From Malacoraja senta (lineage: Eukaryota): a DNA stretch of 64,000 nt. The DNA is taken from the NCBI GenBank assembly GCA_038087875.1, contig CM075997.1, forward strand, positions 4,466,001 to 4,530,000. The letters run 5' to 3'. Position numbers and translations under genes: made by a program. The notes under the pieces are model-generated. The model worked only from the letters and a program-made list of their open reading frames with translations, was not told the origin of the DNA and searched no databases. Below are positions 26,414 through 39,538 of the stretch, piece after piece. Numbering within the stretch: position 1 is the stretch's first letter; every line of letters starts with the position of its first letter.

Positions 26414-27529
26414 CTAGATCCATGCAGCAGCACCATGGGTTGGATCCAAGCTCAGATCACTGAGGTGGGAACTGAAAGCATTAATCCCCCTTTCTGGGTG
26501 AATTATTTCCCGGGACACGTGATCCACAATCCAAGTCACAAGATGGATCTTTCTTATATATTTGTTAATACAGAGATTATTAGTTTTCCCATCTGTAGGA
26601 AGGAACTGCAGATGCTGGTTTAAACCAAAGATAGACACAAAAAGTTGGAGTAACTCAGCGGGTCAGGCAGCATCTCTGGAGAGAAGGGATAGGTGATGTT
26701 TCAATAGACAATAGACAATAGGTGCAGGAGTAGGCCATTCGGCCCTTCTAGCCAGCACCGCCATTCAATGTGATCATGGCTGATCATCCCCAATCAGTAC
26801 CCCGTTCCTGCCTTCTCCCCATATCCCCTGAGTCCGCTATCTTTAAGAACAGTCTGAAGAAGGGTTTCGGCCCGAAACGTTGCCTATTTCCTTCGCTCCA
26901 TAGATGCTGCTGCACCCGCTGAGTTTCTCCAGCATTTTTGTGTACCTTTAAGAGCCCTATCTAGCTCTCTCTTGAAAGCATCCAGAGAACCTGCCTCCAC
27001 TGCCATCTGAGGCAGAGAATTCCACAGACTCACAACTCTCTGTGAGAAAAAGTGTTTCCTCGTCTCCGTTCTAAATGGCTTACTCCTTATTCTTAAACTG
27101 TGGCCCCTGGTTCTGGACTCTCCCAACATCGGGAACATGTTTCGGGTCCAGATCCTTCTACAGACTGAGAGTTGGTGGAGAGGGAACCAAGAGATATAGA
27201 CGGTGATGTAGAGAGATATAGAATAAATGAATGAAAGATATGCAAAAAAGTAACGATGATAAAGGAAACAGGCCATCGTTCGCTGTGGGCCAGGTGAAAA
27301 TAGTTACAGACAATGAGACTCAGCAAGACAACTTTGAAGCTGGTACAACAACTTAGGTGGGGGAGGGGGGACGGAGGGAGAGGGGATGCATGGGTTACTT
27401 GAAGTTAGAGAGATCAACTTTCAGACCACTGGATTGTAAGCTGCCCAAGCGAAATTCAAGGTGCTGTTCCTCCAATTTACGTTCCGCCAAATCCTAATAA
27501 TCCCAAGATCACTGTTATTTCTCATTTTC

Positions 27530-28660
27530 TAATAATGGAGGGGGTTCAGAAATCCAAGGTGCAAAGGGACTTGGGAGCGCTGGTGCAGGATTTCCAGAAG
27601 GTTTGTTTGCAAGTTGAATCGGTAGTAAGGAAGGCAATGCAATGCTAGCATTAATTTCAAGAGGACTAGGACATGAAAACAGGGATGTGATGCTGAGGCT
27701 CTATAAGGCACTGGTCAGACCACCTTTGGAGTATTGTGAGCCGTTTTGGGCCCCGTATCTGAGGAAGGATGTGCTGGCGTTGGTGAGGGTCCAGAGAAGG
27801 TTTACAAGAATGATTCATCATCGTTGACAACATTAGCGACGCAGTGGCGCTGGTTTCCGACGGGAACGGTGACGGACGCACCACACATCTCTGTCCTCCA
27901 GTTATGGCGGACTTCCGCCGCTGGAAGTACAGGATTTTGGTGTGTGTGTGTGCTTTATCATCATTCCTTACAATGCCGTGTACGACAGTGATCGCAACTT
28001 CTACTGAAGTGTGGATGGCCGTTGGCTCGCTAGGAGCTCATCCACCCTTTGACAGGTATTGTTTTTGGTCCTGCTGGGGGTCCACAACCCCCTCCTCACC
28101 TGGCAAACCTGGTGGGGGACACGGTTTAGTCGCCGACTATCCGACCATGGAGCAGGTAGCACGGGATTACATGGTACCCATGGCGGGGAGAACTCCCCCG
28201 ACCTGACCTGAACAACGTATGATGAGCGTTTGACGGCACTAGGCCTCTACTCGCTGGACTTTAGAAGGATGAGGGAGGACCTCATGGAAACGTACCGAAT
28301 AATGAAACAGGGTGGATGTGGAGAGGATGTTTCCACTAGTGGGAGAGTCGAGGACCAGAGGACACAGCCTCAGAATAAAAGGATGTTCCTTCAGGAAGGA
28401 GATGAAGAGGAATTTCTTTAGTCAGAGAGGGTGGTGAATCTGTGGAATTCATTGCCACAGAAGGCTGTGGAGGCCAACTCAATGGATATTTTTAAGGCAG
28501 AGAATAGATAGATTCTTGATCAGTATGGGTGTCAGGGGTTATGGGGAGAAGGCAGGAGAATGGGGTAGGGAGGGAGAGATAGATCAGCCTTGATTAAATG
28601 GCAGGGTAGTGTTGATGGGCCGAATGGCCTAATTCTGCTCCTGTGACTCATGAACATGAA
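27530..28660 (+). mobile_element. Older CR1 ORF2 3' part, interrupted by an insert at ~27816-28210
   Basis: ANAMLALISRG...LYKALVRPPLEYC..FWAPYLRKDVLALVRVQRRFTRMI, resuming as LTALGLYSLDFRRMR, followed by CR1 3' UTR. Confidence 0.85.
27816..28210 (-). mobile_element. Short non-coding insert in CR1, possibly an RTE-related non-autonomous element
   Basis: Interrupts CR1 between RFTRMI and YDERL and ends in (GAT)n on the minus strand. Family assignment is tentative. Confidence 0.4.
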
Positions 28661-28873
28661 GTTTTGCAATTGTTTTTCAATTTTCATCATTTCGTTTTGA
28701 AAATTGAAAAACGGTTTCTTTGAAGGATTATTAATTTGTCAGTTGTTGATGTTATAGGCAGCATCGTTGTTCTTTGGCAACCTGGATTGTTCTTCGGAAG
28801 AGGGTATGGAATGGTCATTGTCCAATGGTAATAGCATGCAAAAACGGACGCAAAGTGCTAGACTAATTAAGGT

Positions 28874-29636
28874 CATAATCATAATCATAATAGTACTTAA
28901 GCTAAGTATGTTTTGCAACATACGAGGAATTTGATTTGCCATACAGTCATACCAATAAAGAGCAACAAAACACACAAATTAATTTTTAACATAAACATCC
29001 ACCACAGTGACTCCTCCACATTCCTCACTGTGATGGAAGGCGAAAAAAAGTTCAATCTCTTCCCTTCCATGTTCTCCCACGGTCGGGGCACTCGAACCTT
29101 CCGTTGACGGGACGACATTGGCTCCCACAACCGGCGGTCGAGTTCTCCGCGTCGGGGCGATCAAGCTCCCGCATCGGGGGGATCTCAACTCCCCCGCGCC
29201 GGGCGATCGTACCCCGGGTCTGGCTGGTCGAACCTCCTGCGACTTGGAGTTTCCCGACATCGGTCTCTACACGAGACTGCGAGCTCCTCGCTGTTGAAAT
29301 CCGCAGGCGCGTCGATCCACGGCCCCGCGGTGGGGCTCAAAGTCAGTCTCCAGCAAGGCCGCCAGCTCCATGATGTTAGGCCGCAGAGAGACCACAGATA
29401 CGATCCGGAAAACAATCGCATCTCCGGCAAGGTAAGAGATTGAAAAAAAGTTTCCCCCAACCCCCTCGCCCCTCGCCCCTCGCCCCTCGCCCCTTGCCCC
29501 TCGCCCCTCGCCCCACCCCGCACATAAAACAAACCACAGAACATTAACACAAACTTTTAAAACAAACTAAAAATAACAAAAAAAAGACGAAAAGACAGAC
29601 TGTTGGCGAGGCTGCCATCGCTGACGGCGCCACCCG
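28874..29636 (-). mobile_element. GC-rich non-coding retroelement of the same hairpin-bearing group (also ~4007-4567(-), ~25690-26225(+))
   Basis: Shared CCTTCCATCACAGTG...CACTGTGGTGGATG hairpin and a simple-repeat tail. 5' end reads GGGTGGCGCCGTCAGCGATGGCAGCC. Confidence 0.7.
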
Positions 29637-29888
29637 ATGGATCATAAGGTAATAAGTGATAGGAGCAGAATTAGGCCATTCGGCCCATCGTCTACTCCAC
29701 CATTCAATCATGGCTGATCTATCTCTTCCTCCCAACCCCATTCTCCTGCCTTCTCCCCATAACTTGTGATGCCTGCACCAATCAAGAATCTATCTATGTA
29801 TAGGAAAGAACTGCAGATGCTGGTTGAAATCGAAGGTAGACACAAAATGCTGGAGTAACTCAGTGGGACAGGCAGCATCTCTGGAGAT

Positions 29889-30161
<273 letters not shown>

Positions 30162-31544
30162 CCTTAAAAATATCCAGTGACTTGGTCTCCACAGCCTTCT
30201 GTGGCAAAGAATTCCACAGATTCACCACCCTCCGACTGAAGAAATTTCTCCTTATCTCCTTCGTAAAAGAACGTCCTTTTATTCTGAGGCTGCGCCCTCT
30301 GGTCCTAGACTCACCCACTAGTGGAAACATCCTCTCCACATCCACTCTATCCAGGCATTTCATTACTCGGTAAGTTCAAATGAGGTCGCCCCTGATTCTT
30401 CTAAACTCCAGCGAGTGCAGGCCCAGTGCCGACAAACGCTCATCATAGGTTAACCCACTCATTCCTGGGATCAACGGCTCCGCTGAGAGATCCATGGAGC
30501 TACCAACAATTTGTAACTCTTCAATCCTTCTGTTCCACACCTTCAGTTTTAATCTCTGGCCATAGTTCCAACCACCTGCCTACTATCCCCTCCCTCTCCT
30601 CACTTGTGTCTACCTGTCACCTGAAGAAGGGTCTCGACCCAAAACATCGCCCATTCCTTCTCTCCAGAGATGCTGCCTCTCATGCTGAGTCACTCCAGCA
30701 TTTTGTAACTATCTTCGGTGTAAACCAGCATCTGCAGTTCCTTCCTACACCTATCATCTGCCATACCATGTCCTGCCTCTCCTCACCCTGTTTTCTTCCC
30801 CCTTACCCCACTATAATCAGTCTGACAAACGGTCCCGACCCAAAACATCACCTATCTGTGTTTTCCATAGATGCTGTCTGACCCCCTGAGTTACTCCATC
30901 AATTTGTGTCCTCTTTTGTTTAACCGGCATCTGTAGGTCATTGCTTCTATATTCTCTAAAGGGCCTGTCCCACTTTCATGACCTAATTCACAACCTCTGC
31001 TGAGTTTGCCCTTGACTCATACTCGCAGCATGGTCGTCACGAGGTCGTAGGTAGGTCGTAGGAGGTCGTAGCAGGCCGTGATGCTAGTCGTAGGTACTCG
31101 TGGCATCAAGTAGGTCGGGGCGTTTTTTTCTAGCCTGATGAAAAATGTCCACGAGTAAAAAAGGTCGTGAATTAGTTCGTGAAAGTGGGAAGAAGAGTTT
31201 TGACCCGAGACGTCACCCATTCCTTCAATCCAGAGATGCTGCCTGTCCCGCTGAGTTACTCCAGCATTTTGTGTCTATCTTTGGTTTAAACCAGCATCTG
31301 CAGTTCCTTCCATCTACATGGTTAGAGTATACATTGAAGGGAAAACGCTGACATTTTGACCATGGTAAATGACATATCATTCTTCCAACTTGTTTCCAGG
31401 TCAGGATGGTGTGAGGGAGCTGAATAGATGATGATATCAATCGGCTTGATATCTCTTGTCGTTCTTGGTGGCAATGTCTGGGAAGTTGGGAGGCGCTGAA
31501 GGAACATGGACCCCCCCCCCCCCCACGACTTGGTAACAATATCG

Positions 31545-31876
31545 GTTTAGGTTTATTATTGTCACGTGTACCGAGGTGTGGTGAAAAGCTGTGTTCTGCA
31601 TGCTCTCCGATCAGCTCAGATATACCACCCATAGATACAATGATGTCAAACTCAAGTACAATAGGTCGAGCAAGGGGGAAGATACAGAGTGCAGAATATA
31701 GTTCTCAGCATTGTAGCGCATCAGTTCCACAGACAAAGTCCAATGTCGGCAATGGGGTGGAGGTGAATTGGACAGTACCCTGGCTTATGGAAGGGCCGTT
31801 CAGAAGCCTGATAACAGAGGGGAAGAAGCTGTTCCGGAGTCTGGTGGTGCGCGCTTTCAAGCTTCTGTACCTTCTT
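31545..31876 (-). mobile_element. Rex1/Babar 3' end (related 3'-UTR pieces at 2495-2720, 16183-16445, 38975-39095)
   Basis: Minus strand reads RRYRSLKARTTRLRNSFFPSVIRLLNG, then a 3' UTR ending CTCGGTACACGTGACAATAA. Confidence 0.75.
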
Positions 31877-32017
31877 GATTCTTGGTTCTTGGTTCATGGT
31901 CCCCCAAAATATTCCAAATGGAATTTAAATTGGAGATGGCGGAAGGTGTACTTAAGCAAAAAGAGCTACCTTCAATTTAGTCGGGTCTGGTTGGGTAACT
32001 ATGGTAGGGTGAAGACT

Positions 32018-32350
32018 ATTTCATGCTTTAATTGTGCGGGGGAAGAATGAATTGCTGTACACATCTGTCGTGGTAGCTGGTATCTCAAATTGCATCGAAT
32101 GCCCTCGTCTGCTTCTAATTGGTTTGGGTTTGGTGTAGGTTTGGTCATCTATGTTGAGCTGACCATTTAACATTTTGTAAAAACAGGTCAAATGGTGAGC
32201 TTTACGTCTGTCTTGGAGAGGGTTCCACCCCAACCAGTGAATTCAGAAGTTTGGTAACACTCACTCCTCTCTCATAGGTATTCGTAACAAATCGGGCTCC
32301 CTATCTTTGGACACGTTCGATGGAAGAAATGTTTCTATTTGTGTACTTGC
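32018..32350 (-). mobile_element. Divergent CR1-group LINE 3' fragment (duplicate ~51153-51485)
   Basis: NISSIERVQR...LGWNPLQDRRKAHHLTCFYKMLNG...YSNSFFPRTIKA; unlike the dominant CR1 families in the window. Confidence 0.7.
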
Positions 32351-33924
32351 CCGGCATCGACTCATGTTTCCCATGTTTAAGGCATATCCCTCTCTCTGTC
32401 CAAATGTCTTTTAAATATTGTGACTGGCTCTGCCTTAACAACATCCTCTGACAGCTTTTCCACCCTCTGTGTGAAAAAGTTGCTCCATGCATTCTATTTA
32501 TTTGTTATACTTTCCATACAAAATGCTTTTATTCAGAACAAACAAAAATACAAAGTAGTAACACGATCAAAGAATGATGCATTCCTATTGGGAGGAGTAG
32601 ATCGGGTAGATGCACAGAGTCTCTTGCCCAGAGTAGGGGAATCGAGGGATCAGATGACCGGAGGGATCACCTTTTCACACAGAGAGTGGTGGATGTGTGG
32701 AAAGAACTGTCGGAGGAGGTAGCCAGCTGTGGCAATGAATTCTGAAGATTCACCAACCTCCGACTACAGAAATTCTTCCTTTTAGTTTAGTTTAGTTGAG
32801 AGATACAGCGCAGAAACAGGCCCTGCGGCCCACCGCGTCCGTGCCGACCAGCGATCCCTGAAAAATTAATGCTATCCCACACACACTAGGGACACTTTAC
32901 AATGTTACCAAAGCCAATTAACCTACAAACCTGCACGTCTTTGGAGTGTGGGGGGAAACCGGAGCTCCCGGAGTAAACCCACGTGGTCACGGGGAGAACG
33001 TGCAAACTCCGCACAGACAGTATCCGTAGTCGGGATCGAACCGGGGACCCTAGCCCTGTGAGGCAGCAACTCTACCGCAGTGCCAACGTGCCTCCTCATC
33101 TCCAGGCAGCAGACATAGAGTGAAATGGACACTTTGGGAAGAAACATTGTCCATTTCCCTGACCTGTTGAGTTGCTGCAGCAGTTTCATTTGTGCCTCAG
33201 ATTCCAGCTTCTGAGGTGCCTTGTGTCTCCCTCGATATTGTGACTGGGCCTCAAGGCTGGGCCCAGAACCGCATGCTTCAGCACTCCAGGAGCGCGTTAG
33301 TCACTGAGCCACGGCCTACAGTGATGACCTCATTATCCTGTTGTCACGGGAACCCAGGCTTGAGGCAGCCGCGTAGGCCCCAGCCTGAATCGAATGCCTT
33401 CAAGAGGAGGGAATTTGGAAATGAAAGAAAATACCGGGCTCTCGAGGAAGCCTGTTAGAGATTTTTTCGGATTGCAACGTTAATAATCTGCTAATGACAC
33501 CATTTACATCAATTGCTCTTAAACCAAATAGAGCTGGGGAAGGCCTCTTGACAAGTGACCACTCGATTCTCTGGTTCTTATTAGAAAGAAATTGCCCAAA
33601 ATTAGAGCAGGTTCTGTCAGAATCAATGAGATGAATTGGCATGCTTGTACCTCTGCCACTTTGACCGAATTTGAGTTCAGTCACGTGTAACTCGACAAGA
33701 CTAATGATCCCAATTGGTGTGCATTACCAGTCTGTTCATAATTAACTCACTTCACAGGACATTTGTACTGAAAACAGAGGCCATCTCGAAACACTTAACA
33801 GTGTCGCCACACCATTTCCCCTTGACCACTACTCACCTCCTACATCCCACACCCCACCCTCCCCACTTCCCGACACCACCCCCACCACATCTTAGATGCA
33901 CAGAGTCTCTGAGAATCACACGTG

Positions 33925-34340
33925 GCAGAGGGAGAGGTTGAGCAGGCTGGGACTCTATTCCCTGGAGCGCAGGAGGATGAGGGGTGATCTTATAGAGGGG
34001 AATAGATCGGGTAGACGCACAGAGCCTCTTGCCCAGAGTAGGGGAATCGAGGACCAGAGGACATAGGTTTAAGGTGAAGAGGAAAAAAATTCATCGGAAA
34101 ATGAGGGGTAACTTTTTCATACAAAGAGTGGTGGGTGTATGGAACAAGCTGCCAGAGGAGGTAGTTGAGGCTGGGACTATCCCAACGTTTAAGGCAGGTA
34201 CATGGATAGGACAGGTTTGGAGGGATATGGACCAAACGCAGGCAGGTGGGACTAGTGTAGCTGGGACATGTTGGCCGGTTTGGGCAAGTTGGGCCGAAGG
34301 GCCTGTTTCCACACTGTATCCCTCTGACTCTGTGACTCTC
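33925..34340 (+). mobile_element. HER1-like CR1 3' end (tail shared with the V-SINEs)
   Basis: FFIQRVVGVWNKLPEEVVEAGTI followed by GTTGGGCCGAAGGGCCTGTTTCCACACTGTAT, the same 3' tail as the SINEs. Duplicate at ~53060-53475. Confidence 0.8.
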
Positions 34341-35111
34341 TTGCCTCCACAAACAACCTTTGTTTAATTCATGGGGCACAGACTCCAGATCTGCTGTCGC
34401 TGTTCCCAACACAAGGAGATGTCTTAAAGAATCTCCTCAGGTTATGAACTCCTATTAAATCTTTCCCCCCCCCCTCACCTAAAACCTATGGCCCCTGGTG
34501 CTCGATTCCCCTACTCTGGGCAAGACTCTTCGTGCGTCTACCCGATCTATTCCTCTCATGACTTTGTTCACACTTAGCATGGAAACGGATGTCAGAGGTT
34601 ATGGGGAGAAGGCAGGAGAATGGGGTTAGGAGGGAGAGATAGATCAGCCATGATTGAATGGTGGAGTAGACTTGCTGGGCCGAATGGCCTAATTCTACTC
34701 CTATTCCTTATGACCTTACGACCTTATGGAAACAAGCCCACCAAGTCCACACCGACCATCCATCACCCGTTCACACTAGTTCTAAGTTATCCCACTTTCT
34801 CATCCACTCCCTATACACTGGGGGCAATTTTAGACAGGGCCAATTAACCTACAAACCCGCACGTCTTTGGGATGTGGGAGGAAAACCGGAGAAAACCCAC
34901 CCAGTCACGGGGAGCACATGCAAACTCCGCACAGTCAGCACCCGAGGCCAGGATCGAACCCTTGTGTCTGGCGCTGTGAGGCAGCAGCTCTACCCGCTGC
35001 AACACTCTGATATGCAGACTAGGAGGATCATTAAGGAGGATCACTAGAAGGAGGATCCCTCCCTTCCCAGTCACTGTTGCTGAAAGTGTGAGAAATTCCA
35101 GCAGAGGTTGT

Positions 35112-35560
35112 ATGACTGAATGGAATGGTTTATTGTCACTTGTGGCAGGTCACAGTGAGATTCTTTGCTTGCGTCCCCAAGGTATGCAAATAGTCGCTAC
35201 ATAAAGGGCGCTGACATAGTTACAAAGTACCCCCGCGCCAGGTCCCCCTTTGTTCTTTCCCCTCCTCCCCCTCCTTCACGGTGCTCCCCCATGCCGGGTC
35301 CCCTTTGTCCTTCCCTCAGCAGCGGTGTCCTCACTTCCACGTGTGCGCCGTCGTCCGTCGGTCGGCGCCATCACCGACCGCCGCACCGATCTCTCCACTA
35401 TCACCGCCGGGTCCTCTCTGGACGCCTCCGTCGGCCGTGGGCTCCGTCGACCCACGAGGCTCCACCTCCGACCAGCGAGGCTCCGACCTCGCATTCTCAG
35501 CGGGACCTCCGGAAGGCGTCCATTGTCAGGACCTATTGCCAGGCAGGTTGACTCCACAGG
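35112..35560 (-). mobile_element. Unclassified GC-rich short retroelement (duplicate ~54250-54700)
   Basis: Minus strand ends GTGACAATAAACCATTCCATTC, a LINE-like 3' end. CpG-rich body with no credible ORF. Confidence 0.5.
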
Positions 35561-36106
35561 CAACAAACAATCTTTCAACTTTGGAGATACCGTGTGGAAA
35601 CAGGCCCTTTGGCCCACCGAGTCCGCGCCGCACCGAGTCCACGGCGCACCATGTCCACGCCACACCGAGTCCGTGGCCCACCAAGTCCGCGCCAAGGAAA
35701 AACTTTTTCACACAGAGAGTTGTGAGTGTGTGGAATTCTCTGCCTCCGAGGGCGGTGGAGGCCGGATCTCTGGATGCCTTCAAGAGAGAGCTAGATAGAG
35801 CTCTTTGGGATACCTGAGTTAAGGGATATGGAGAGAAGGCAGGAACGGGATACTGATTGTGGATGATCAGCCATGATCACATTGAATGGTGGTGCTGGCT
35901 CGAAGGGCCGAATGGCCTACTCCTGAACCTTATTGTCTATTGTCTATTGACCAGCAATAACCCCGTACACTAACCAGTATCCCACACAATAGGGACAATA
36001 CTATTGAAGCCAATTAACCAACAAACCTGCACAAATCCTCATCTCCCCATCTCCATTTTCAGCCTCCTTTTGTTCTGAGGCTGATGATAAACTAGAGCAG
36101 GTCTTA

Positions 36107-36416
36107 AAGCCCTGTCCCATGGTGCGAGTTCATTCCAAGAGCTCCCCCGAGTTTAGAAAAAATCAAACTCGTGGTAAGCACGGAGAATGAACGTAGCGGG
36201 TACATCGGAGCTAGGGGACGTCTCTTAGCGCTAACGGCAGGTACTCGGGAAGACTCGCTAACGGCAGGTAAGCACGAGAAGACTCGTGAAGATTTTTCAA
36301 CATGTTGAAAAATGTCCACGAGAGCCCCGAGTACCGACAAGCGGCCATTACCATAAATCTCCGAGTTCGAATCAGGGAGAGCTCTTGGAATGAACTCGTA
36401 CCGTGGGACAGGGCTT
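36107..36416. mobile_element. PIF/Harbinger-type MITE (duplicate ~55245-55554; truncated relatives 30960-31190, 41976-42222)
   Basis: AAGCCCTGTCCCA / TGGGACAGGGCTT with TTA TSD and central TTTTCAACATGTTGAAAA palindrome. Confidence 0.9.
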
Positions 36417-36721
36417 TTACATAGTAAATTGTAGGGTCCATGGGAAGGCTGTAGCTCGGAGGGCAGGTACATACAGTAAATCTATGAAAGTGGCAACCAG
36501 TTAAACTGGGTGGTGAAGAAGGTGTTCGGCATGCTTCATCGCTCAATATACCGAGCACAGGAATCGGGCAGCTTACAACCCAGCTGATCAACACAAACTG
36601 CTGGAGTAACACAGCCGGACAGGCAGCATCTCTGGAGAGAAGGAATGGGTGATGTTTCGGGTCGAGACCCTTCTTCAGACTCCTGACAGTCGCAGATAGT
36701 CTGAAGAAGGGTCTCGACCTG

Positions 36722-37175
36722 AAACAAACAAACATTAATAGTGCACAGAAAAAAACACTGCCCCCAAGCCTATGTAGTTCGGAGCTTGTTTGCCGGTTGT
36801 AGTGTTTAATAGCCTGATGGCTGTAGGAAAGAAGCTGTTCCTGAACCTGGATGTTACAGTTTTCAGGCTCCTGTACCTTCTTCCCGATGGCAGGGATGAA
36901 ATGAGAGCGTGGCCAGGGTGGTGTGGGTCTCTGATGATGCTGGTTGCCTTATTGAGGCAGCGACTCCTGTAGATCCCTTCGATGGTGGGGAGGTCAGTAC
37001 CCGTGATGGACCGGGCAGTGTCCACCGCTTTTGGCAAATCTTCTTCACTCCTGGGAGTTCGAGTTGCCAAACCAGGCCGCGATACAACCAGTCAATATAC
37101 TCTCGACTGTACACCTGTAGAGGTTCAAGAGAGAACTCTCTGATAGACCGAATCTCCTCAATCCTCTAAGGAAGT
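36722..37175 (-). mobile_element. Rex1/Babar-type LINE 3' fragment (duplicate 55860-56313)
   Basis: AVDTARSITGTDLPTIEGIYRSRCLNKATSIIRDPHHPGHALISSLPSGRRYRSL...RFRNSFFPTAIRLLN. Confidence 0.88.
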
Positions 37176-37330
37176 AGAGGTGTCGTTGAGCCTAAAATGG
37201 ATTCAGAAAGCTGGTCACTGACCAAAATGTCTCCCATCCATGATGGAGAAAGAACTGCAGATGCTGGAAAAATCGAAGGTGGACAAAAATGCTGGAGAAA
37301 CTCAGCGGGTGAGGCAGCGTCTATGGAGCG

Positions 37331-37745
37331 AAGGGATAGGTGACGTTTCGGGTCGAGACCCTTCTTCGAAGGAATAGGTGACGTTTTGGGTCGAGACCCT
37401 TCTTCAAAGGAATAGGTGACGTTTCGGGTCGAGACCCTTGTTCGAAGGAATAGGTGACGTTTCGGGTCGAGACCCTTGTTCGAAGGAATAGGTGACGTTT
37501 CGGGTCGAGACCCTTGTTCGAAGGAATAGGTGACGTTTCGGGTCGAGACCCTTGTTCGAAGGAATAGGTGACGTTTCGGGTCGAGACCCTTCTTCAAAGG
37601 AATTGGTGACGTTTCGGGTCGAGACCCTTCTTCAAAGGAATAGGTGACGTTTCGGGTTGAGACCCTTCTTCAAAGGAATTGGTGACGTTTCGGGTCGAGA
37701 CCCTTGTTCGAAGGAATAGGTGACGTTTCGGGTCGAGACCCCTTC
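37331..37745 (-). repeat. 38-bp tandem repeat, ~11 units, made from the hammerhead-core segment (duplicate ~56469-56883)
   Basis: Unit AAGGAATAGGTGACGTTTCGGGTCGAGACCCTT(C/G)TTC(G/A) starts at 37331, 37369, 37407, ... 37711. Confidence 0.95.
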
Positions 37746-39120
37746 GGGTCTCGACCCGAAACGTCACCTATTCCTTCGCTCCATAGATGCTGCCTCACCC
37801 GCAGCGTTTCACCAGCATTTTTGTCTACCTATCCATGTCGGATGTCACCACTTTCTGCGAGCTTCTTCATTCAATGCACTCCAGTGCAATGCCTGGGATA
37901 GTGGACTGTTTTAAACTTGCTCTGCAATTATAAGTTGTTGCTTTTGCAAACTCCATTCCTGCCGTCCCCCTTGGTAAAGAGATTTTGCAGGTCAAGCATT
38001 GGTGCTAGACTATGCGTTTGCCCGGGAGAACTTGCTGAGTTCAAGCAAACAGTTGAAGGAAATGGTACTCGGGAGATTTCACAACATTATTGCTGGAGAG
38101 AAGGTTTCGGAGCCCAGTTGATGGTTTGTGGCCATTTCTCTGGTTGCACACCGAGTGTTTATCCAATCTGAATTGTTTTGATTTATTTGGTTCCCAATGA
38201 ATTATTAACACTGTGGGGATTGAAGTCAACAATCGACTGATGTTGCCGATGCTGCTACATTTACTGAGGAGGATAAGGGAACGAGAACTCACAGAAGAGT
38301 ATAGGGGGTATGGACAGAGGAGAAAATGAATGGACTTTTCCCCTTGGTAGAGGTGTCATAGGTTGATAAGTGATAGGAGCACAATGAGGCCATTCAGCTC
38401 ATCAAGTCTACTCCACCATTCAATCATGGCTGATCTATCTCTCCCTCCAAACACCATTCTCCTGCCTTCTCCCCAAAACCCCTTACACCCGTACTAATCA
38501 AGGATCTACCCATCTCTGCCTTAAACATATCCATTGACGGCCTCCACAGCCTTGAATTCCACAGATTCACCACCCTCTGACTGAAGAAATTCACACACAC
38601 ACAGGCCCTTGACCCCACAATATCTGTGCCGAACTTGATGCCAAGCCCACCTCTTATGCAGCTGAACATAACACATGTTCCATACACACAGATCCCTGTG
38701 GAACGTCACTGGTCACAATCCCCCATTCCTTCAGTTATTCCCTGAGATGAGAACTGTATTCGAGCAACCAGTTATCCTAGAGGGTTTAGTTTAGTTTAGA
38801 GATAGAACATGTAAACAGGCCCATCGGCCCACCGAGTCCACGCCGACCAGCGTTCCCCGCACACTGGCAATATCCTACACACAGTAGGCACAATTTACAA
38901 TTTTACCAAAACCAATTAACTTACAAACCTGTACGTCTTTGGAGTGTTGGAGTGTTGTATTTCCTCCTGAACGACCCACTGTAAATGGATCGATTGTAAT
39001 CATGTATTGTCTTTCCGCTGACTGGATAGCACGCAACAAAAGCGTTTCACTGTACCTCGGTACACGTGGCAATAAACTAGACTGAACTGAAACTGACACC
39101 AGCGGTCCCCATAAAGTAAA

Positions 39121-39538
39121 GGGGTCTGTCCCACTTAGGCGATTTTTTAGGCGACTGCCGGAGTCCAGGTAGTCACAACATGGTCGCCGGGGTGTCGCCT
39201 GTATGGTCTTGAGTCGTCTCCTCAGTCACCCAAAGAGTCGTAGCATTTTTCCGGTCGCTGCTGGATTTTGAAATGTTCAAAACCTTTCAGCGACAGTCGG
39301 CGACCCGTGGGCTTGTCGTAGCTTGTCTTCTCCTGACGTAGGTGCTGTCGTAGGTTGTCGCCAGGTGACGTAGGTTGTCGCCCTTGCTGCCTTCGGTGAA
39401 TTCCATTGTCGTAATCGCCGGCAGCCACCTAAACAATCGCCGAAGTGTGACAGGCCCATTAGGCCAGTCGCTGGTTTTTCGGCGACCTGCTACGACTATG
39501 ACAGTCGCCTAAAAAAATCGCCTGGTGGGACAGGCCCT
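39121..39538. mobile_element. Harbinger-type MITE with a doubled right end (duplicate ~58257-58675)
   Basis: GGGGTCTGTCCCAC / GTGGGACAGGCCCT flanked by AAA; extra internal terminus AAGTGTGACAGGCCC at ~39443-39457. Confidence 0.8.

Noticed and set aside
37331..37745. CRISPR-like array (38-bp repeats with an internal hairpin)
   Set aside because: Units are contiguous with no unique spacers, there are no cas genes, the context is eukaryotic, and the unit derives from the PLE terminal repeat.
37991..38120. Plus-strand exon candidate (GQALVLDYAFARENLL...)
   Set aside because: Short frame ending in a stop, weak donor, unrecognised peptide; compatible with chance.
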